A stretch of DNA of 64,000 bases from NCBI GenBank assembly GCA_023436775.1, contig JAEZHW010000063.1, forward strand, positions 3,710 through 67,709, in the 5' to 3' direction. This DNA is from Actinomycetes bacterium (GTDB lineage: Bacteria > Actinomycetota > Actinomycetes > Actinomycetales > Microbacteriaceae). Below are positions 60,795 through 64,000 of the stretch, in pieces (position 1 is the stretch's first letter; every line of letters starts with the position of its first letter). The notes under the pieces were generated by a model that was not told the DNA's origin, ran no database searches, and saw nothing but the letters and a program-made list of their open reading frames with translations. The translations under genes were made by a program, and so were the position numbers.

Positions 60795-61945
60795 TGCACT
60801 ACCTCGATCACTCCGGTCGCTGTCGCGGTCAAGTCTGGCAGTCGGACCGTAAAGGTCGCCCCCTGTCCGGGCCGCGACCAGGCCTGCACGCTGCCGCCGT
60901 GGTTGGTAATGATGTGCTTGACGATACTGAGCCCCAGGCCCGAGCCACCGGTCCCCCGCGATCGGGCATCGTCGAGGCGGTAGAAGCGTTCAAAGATCCG
61001 CTCCAGCTCGGCCTCCGGAATGCCGGGACCCTGGTCAATGACCTGGATCTGCACCTGCCCGTCCTCCTTGCGGGACGCGATCGCGACCCGGCTGCCCTCG
61101 GGCGAGTGTTGGATCGCGTTGACCACCAGGTTCTCGAGCGCCGTGATCAGGAGTTCGCGATCGCCATAGACCTTGCCCTTGAGTTTCTTGGCAGGCACCA
61201 CCGAAATCTGTCGCCCCTCGGCAATGCCTGCGGTGCGGGCCAGCACGGTTGCCACGATGTCGGCGATGCGAACCTGCTCGGCTCGTTCGAGCGGATCGGC
61301 CGCCTGCAGACGCGAGAGTTCGATCATCTCCTGGACGAGGGTGCCGAGCCGGATCGACTCGTCGTTCAGCCGGGCTGCGAAGTGGCGGACCGCCTCGGGG
61401 TCGTCGGCCGCGTCCAGCAGTGCTTCACTGAGCAACTGCACCGCGGCGACGGGCGTCTTCAACTCGTGGGAGACGTTCAGCACGAAGTCGCGCCGCACCT
61501 CAGCCAGGCGCATCGCCTCCGACTCGTCCTCCACCACGACCAGGTGCAAGCGGGCATCCACCGCGCTGACATGCACCACCACCGGCGCGGACTCCTCGCC
61601 GAAGCGGCCGCGCTGCAGTTGCACCAGCACACTCAGCGGCTGCAGCCGAGCCCGGCATTGGTCAAGCACTTCGATCACCGATGGCTGCACCAGGTCACGG
61701 CCCTGCACCAGGCCACTGATGACGGCACTGGGCGATGCCTTCACCACGTTGTTCGAGGCGTCCACGACCGCCGCCGGCGCGTGCAATGCATCCAGCACCA
61801 GCGACACCCCCTCAGGCAGGTGGTGGTGGGCGGCAGCAGTGGCAGCGCGGCTTCGACGCACAGCCGCGGTGCCAAGCAGCGCCAGCCCGGCGCCCACCAC
61901 AGCTCCTGCGACGGGAGCGACGGGCAACAGCCAGGCAGTGTCCAT
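60791..61945 (-). CDS. senX3: sensor histidine kinase SenX3/PhoR type
   Basis: 384 aa from an internal ATG (MDTAWLLPV...); the ORF extends to 62092. Has a TM segment, a PAS-like region, H-box SHELKTP and HATPase_c. Its stop overlaps the regX3 start. Confidence 0.85.
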   Translation of the reverse strand: MDTAWLLPVAPVAGAVVGAGLALLGTAAVRRSRAATAAAHHHLPEGVSLVLDALHAPAAVVDASNNVVKASPSAVISGLVQGRDLVQPSVIEVLDQCRARLQPLSVLVQLQRGRFGEESAPVVVHVSAVDARLHLVVVEDESEAMRLAEVRRDFVLNVSHELKTPVAAVQLLSEALLDAADDPEAVRHFAARLNDESIRLGTLVQEMIELSRLQAADPLERAEQVRIADIVATVLARTAGIAEGRQISVVPAKKLKGKVYGDRELLITALENLVVNAIQHSPEGSRVAIASRKEDGQVQIQVIDQGPGIPEAELERIFERFYRLDDARSRGTGGSGLGLSIVKHIITNHGGSVQAWSRPGQGATFTVRLPDLTATATGVIEVVQ

Positions 61946-62030
61946 GCTGCCTACAATAAGAGACAACGCGCGGTGTTCTCGCCCCGGAAACCGTATCCTC
62001 GGGCAAGGTTCGTGGGATATTCGTCGACAC

Positions 62031-62052
62031 GTCACCGTTTGTTCACCTTCGC
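62031..62052. promoter_or_regulatory. candidate PHO box A (two 11-nt direct repeat units)
   Basis: GTCACCGTTTG-TTCACCTTCGC, with TCACC cores spaced 11 nt, in the senX3/phoU divergent region. Confidence 0.35.
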
Positions 62053-62074
62053 AGCCAACGATGGTGGGGCGACG

Positions 62075-62096
62075 GTGACCGCTTGTCACCATAGTG
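62075..62096. promoter_or_regulatory. candidate PHO box B
   Basis: GTGACCGCTT-GTCACCATAGTG, with cores spaced 10 nt. It overlaps a possible phoU -10 (CATAGT). Confidence 0.3.
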
Positions 62097-62114
62097 CGGT
62101 ACGAAGGATGCTCG

Positions 62115-62771
62115 ATGCGCGAAGTGTTTCAGCAAGAACTGAGGGAACTGCAGGCTGGTCTGGTCGAAATCGCGCGCCTGGTGACCGGCAGCATCCAGTC
62201 CGCAACCCGGGCCTTCCAGAAGTCCGAGGTGGATCTGGCCGAGTCCGTGATCGCCACGGATGATCGCATCGACGCCCTCGCAGTGAAGCTCGACGAGCTG
62301 GCGATCAACATCATCGCCAGGCAACAGCCGGTGGCCCGCGACCTGCGCATCGTGGTGAGCGCACTGCGTATCTCTGCCTCACTGGAACGCATGGGCGACA
62401 TGGCCGAGCACATCGCGCAGCTTGCCCGCTACCGCTTCCCGGACAAAGTGGTGCCGAAGAGCCTGCGCAGCACCTTTAAGGAGATGGGCGAGCTGGACGT
62501 CGAGATCGCCGAGAAGCTCACCCAGTTGCTGGAAACGCAGGATGTGCGCCTCGCTGAGGAAATCCGAAACGATGACGACCGCGTCGACCGCTTGCACGTG
62601 AGCGTATTCGAGCAGGTGCTCGGCGATGCCTGGGTCGGCGATACCGAGGCGACCGTCGACGCCACGCTGGCGAGCCGCTACCACGAGCGATTCGCCGACC
62701 ATGCAGTCTCGATCGCGAAGAAGGTGCAGTACCTGGCAACCGGCGAGTGGGCTGCCAGCGACGAGTCCTAG
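62115..62771 (+). CDS. phoU: phosphate signalling complex protein PhoU
   Basis: 218 aa from an internal ATG with a GAAGGA SD. Has two PhoU repeats (ARDLRIVVSALRISASLERMGD..., ASRYHERFADHAVSIAKK). Confidence 0.9.
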   Translation: MREVFQQELRELQAGLVEIARLVTGSIQSATRAFQKSEVDLAESVIATDDRIDALAVKLDELAINIIARQQPVARDLRIVVSALRISASLERMGDMAEHIAQLARYRFPDKVVPKSLRSTFKEMGELDVEIAEKLTQLLETQDVRLAEEIRNDDDRVDRLHVSVFEQVLGDAWVGDTEATVDATLASRYHERFADHAVSIAKKVQYLATGEWAASDES

Positions 62772-62814
62772 ACCAGCGCTTGCCAAGTTCGGCGGTTCCG
62801 GGAAAAGTAGTCAT

Positions 62815-63153
62815 ATGACCGAACCGGGCAAGGGCGTCAGCACCGCGGCCCTCATCGTTGCAAGCTTGTCCGCGCTGTTCGTCCTTGGCTATGCCCTGCT
62901 CGCCGGGCTGATGTTTCTGCAGTACCAGGGGGCGCTCGCCGCCTGGCAGGCCGCGCACTGGTTGCTCTTCCTGGCCTGGCCGGCCGCAGTCCTGGCCGTG
63001 ATCGCGATCGTGATCTCGGTCCTCGCCCTGCGGGCCACCTCGCCCGGCACTGCCGCGCGCCGCACCGCCCGGCGAGCGCTGGTCCTCTCGGTTGCGGTCG
63101 CTGCGATCGCGGCAGCCGGCGTGGTGGTGCACCAAACCGTTTCAGTGAACTAG
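62815..63153 (+). CDS. small membrane protein (3-4 TM), unknown function
   Basis: 112 aa from an internal ATG (MTEPGKGVSTAALIVASLSALFVLGYALLAGL...). I recognise no family. Confidence 0.5.
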   Translation: MTEPGKGVSTAALIVASLSALFVLGYALLAGLMFLQYQGALAAWQAAHWLLFLAWPAAVLAVIAIVISVLALRATSPGTAARRTARRALVLSVAVAAIAAAGVVVHQTVSVN

Positions 63154-63350
63154 CACCCGAATGAGGCCCTTTCGAACGCAAGCAGGCCCGGTGGCTTCCA
63201 CCGAGTGAGGCTTGATTTCGACCCGGCGCGTTCGACAGAGTGAGGGAACGTCAGGAGCGCCTCGCGAGTCGAGGAACTGCCAGCATGGCTTCCTTACCCA
63301 GGCCGGGCGCGGGAGTCACGCATCCAGGCACGCGCCGTCCCGCCATGATC

Positions 63351-63360
63351 GGGGGGGGGG
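63351..63360 (+). repeat. G10 homopolymer tract
   Basis: Ten consecutive G. They are in frame as ATG ATC GGG GGG GGG Gaa if translation starts at 63345, or sit 5 nt upstream of the ATG at 63366. Confidence 0.95.
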
Positions 63361-63365
63361 AAGCA

Positions 63366-63524
63366 ATGTCAGAGCCGGTGACTCAGGACCTGCCCACGGG
63401 CCGTGCCCAGGCCGGGATGGCCCGAGCCGCGCTGATCGTAGTGATACTCACGGTACTCGCCCCGGTCGCCGTCGCCATCGGCATCCACCGTGCCAGCACA
63501 TTCGAGTTATTCCCGAACTGGTGA
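63366..63524 (+). CDS. possible 52-aa single-TM peptide
   Basis: Sequence MSEPVTQDLPTGRAQAGMARAALIVVILTVLAPVAVAIGIHR... The start is ambiguous (63345 or 63366) and coding status is uncertain. Confidence 0.3.
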   Translation: MSEPVTQDLPTGRAQAGMARAALIVVILTVLAPVAVAIGIHRASTFELFPNW

Positions 63525-63560
63525 ACGAGCGCGAGCCGCCGAGGAACGAGGACCACTCCC

Positions 63561-63929
63561 ATGATTGCCGAAATTGCAGACGGAACACGGGCAAATCGGT
63601 CACGATCGATCGCTGGGGCGAGCGTCAGCGCAGCACGATTGTCGTCGCTGAGCCTCGGACTGACCTACGGATTCATGATCGTGTCCCCGGTCGTCCTCCC
63701 TGTGGATGCCCAGTCGGCCGAGTCCATAGCGAGTGTTCTGTCCTGGTTGAACCTGCTGCTGGCCGTAAGCGCTGCTGTCGGCGGCATCGTGGCCTGGGCC
63801 TTCCGGAAGGAACTGTCGATGTCCGACCGGCATTGGGCCGCGTTCGGCATCGCGGCGGGCGTGACCTTCATCCTGTTCCTGGTCACAAACATCGTCACCG
63901 GACACGTCCTGTTCAGTCGGTATTTCTAG
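63561..63929 (+). CDS. possible 3-TM membrane protein
   Basis: 122-aa ORF with an AGGA 9 nt upstream and three hydrophobic helices. I recognise no family. Confidence 0.4.
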   Translation: MIAEIADGTRANRSRSIAGASVSAARLSSLSLGLTYGFMIVSPVVLPVDAQSAESIASVLSWLNLLLAVSAAVGGIVAWAFRKELSMSDRHWAAFGIAAGVTFILFLVTNIVTGHVLFSRYF

Positions 63930-64000
63930 TCCGCCGACGACCTCCACCTTGACGGCCACCCCTTGCCCTCCCCGCAGGAAGGGCGGAGAGTTAGGCACAA

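Overview
This is a visibly GC-rich actinobacterial chromosome segment. The proteins look Micrococcales/Microbacteriaceae-like, and several gene blocks follow the conserved Mycobacterium-type core order. I call about 65 protein genes, packed almost wall to wall, plus one tRNA-Thr(UGU). I found no rRNA, CRISPR, transposase, integrase or phage genes.

Gene blocks from left to right:
- gatCAB and ligA
- mnmA with a NifS-type cysteine desulfurase
- GlgE-pathway genes glgX-glgE-glgB
- an envelope/division neighbourhood: a Cys-less thioredoxin-TPR protein, a large membrane protein, two DivIVA-domain proteins, an AI-2E transporter and a lytic transglycosylase
- cdsA-frr-pyrH-tsf-rpsB
- M23 peptidase-xerC-dprA-comM-yraN, then (after an inserted DUF892/DUF1349 pair) DUF2469-rnhB-lepB
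- a FadR-type regulator, ideR and serC
- DUF2530 and DUF3027-csp
- a small membrane protein, a helicase-associated protein and an XPB helicase
- a PhoPR-like two-component system, an orphan WXG100 gene, and groEL with two CIRCE operators
- LytR_C, DUF3263, msrB-nitroreductase, tRNA-Thr and a DsbA-like protein
- msiK, DUF4032 and rlmB-cysS-ispDF-carD
- a lipoprotein, senX3-regX3 divergent from phoU, and small membrane proteins at the right edge

The long ORFs antisense to these genes are high-GC artefacts. I do not see a convincing self-contained novel multi-gene system; there is no defence island, biosynthetic cluster or mobile element.

The items most worth a second look:
1. A textbook lipoprotein signal peptide buried in the middle of a 579-aa membrane protein.
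2. An orphan WXG100 gene carrying both WXG and YxxxE motifs, directly downstream of the PhoPR-like system.
3. A roughly 120-aa charged insertion inside the ATPase domain of that sensor kinase.
4. A G10 homopolymer tract at the start of a small membrane ORF.
5. A long, AT-richer structured leader upstream of msiK.
6. Pervasive leaderless promoter geometry (TANNNT 6-8 nt before the start codon).

All family assignments come from reading the translations by eye. No searches were run.
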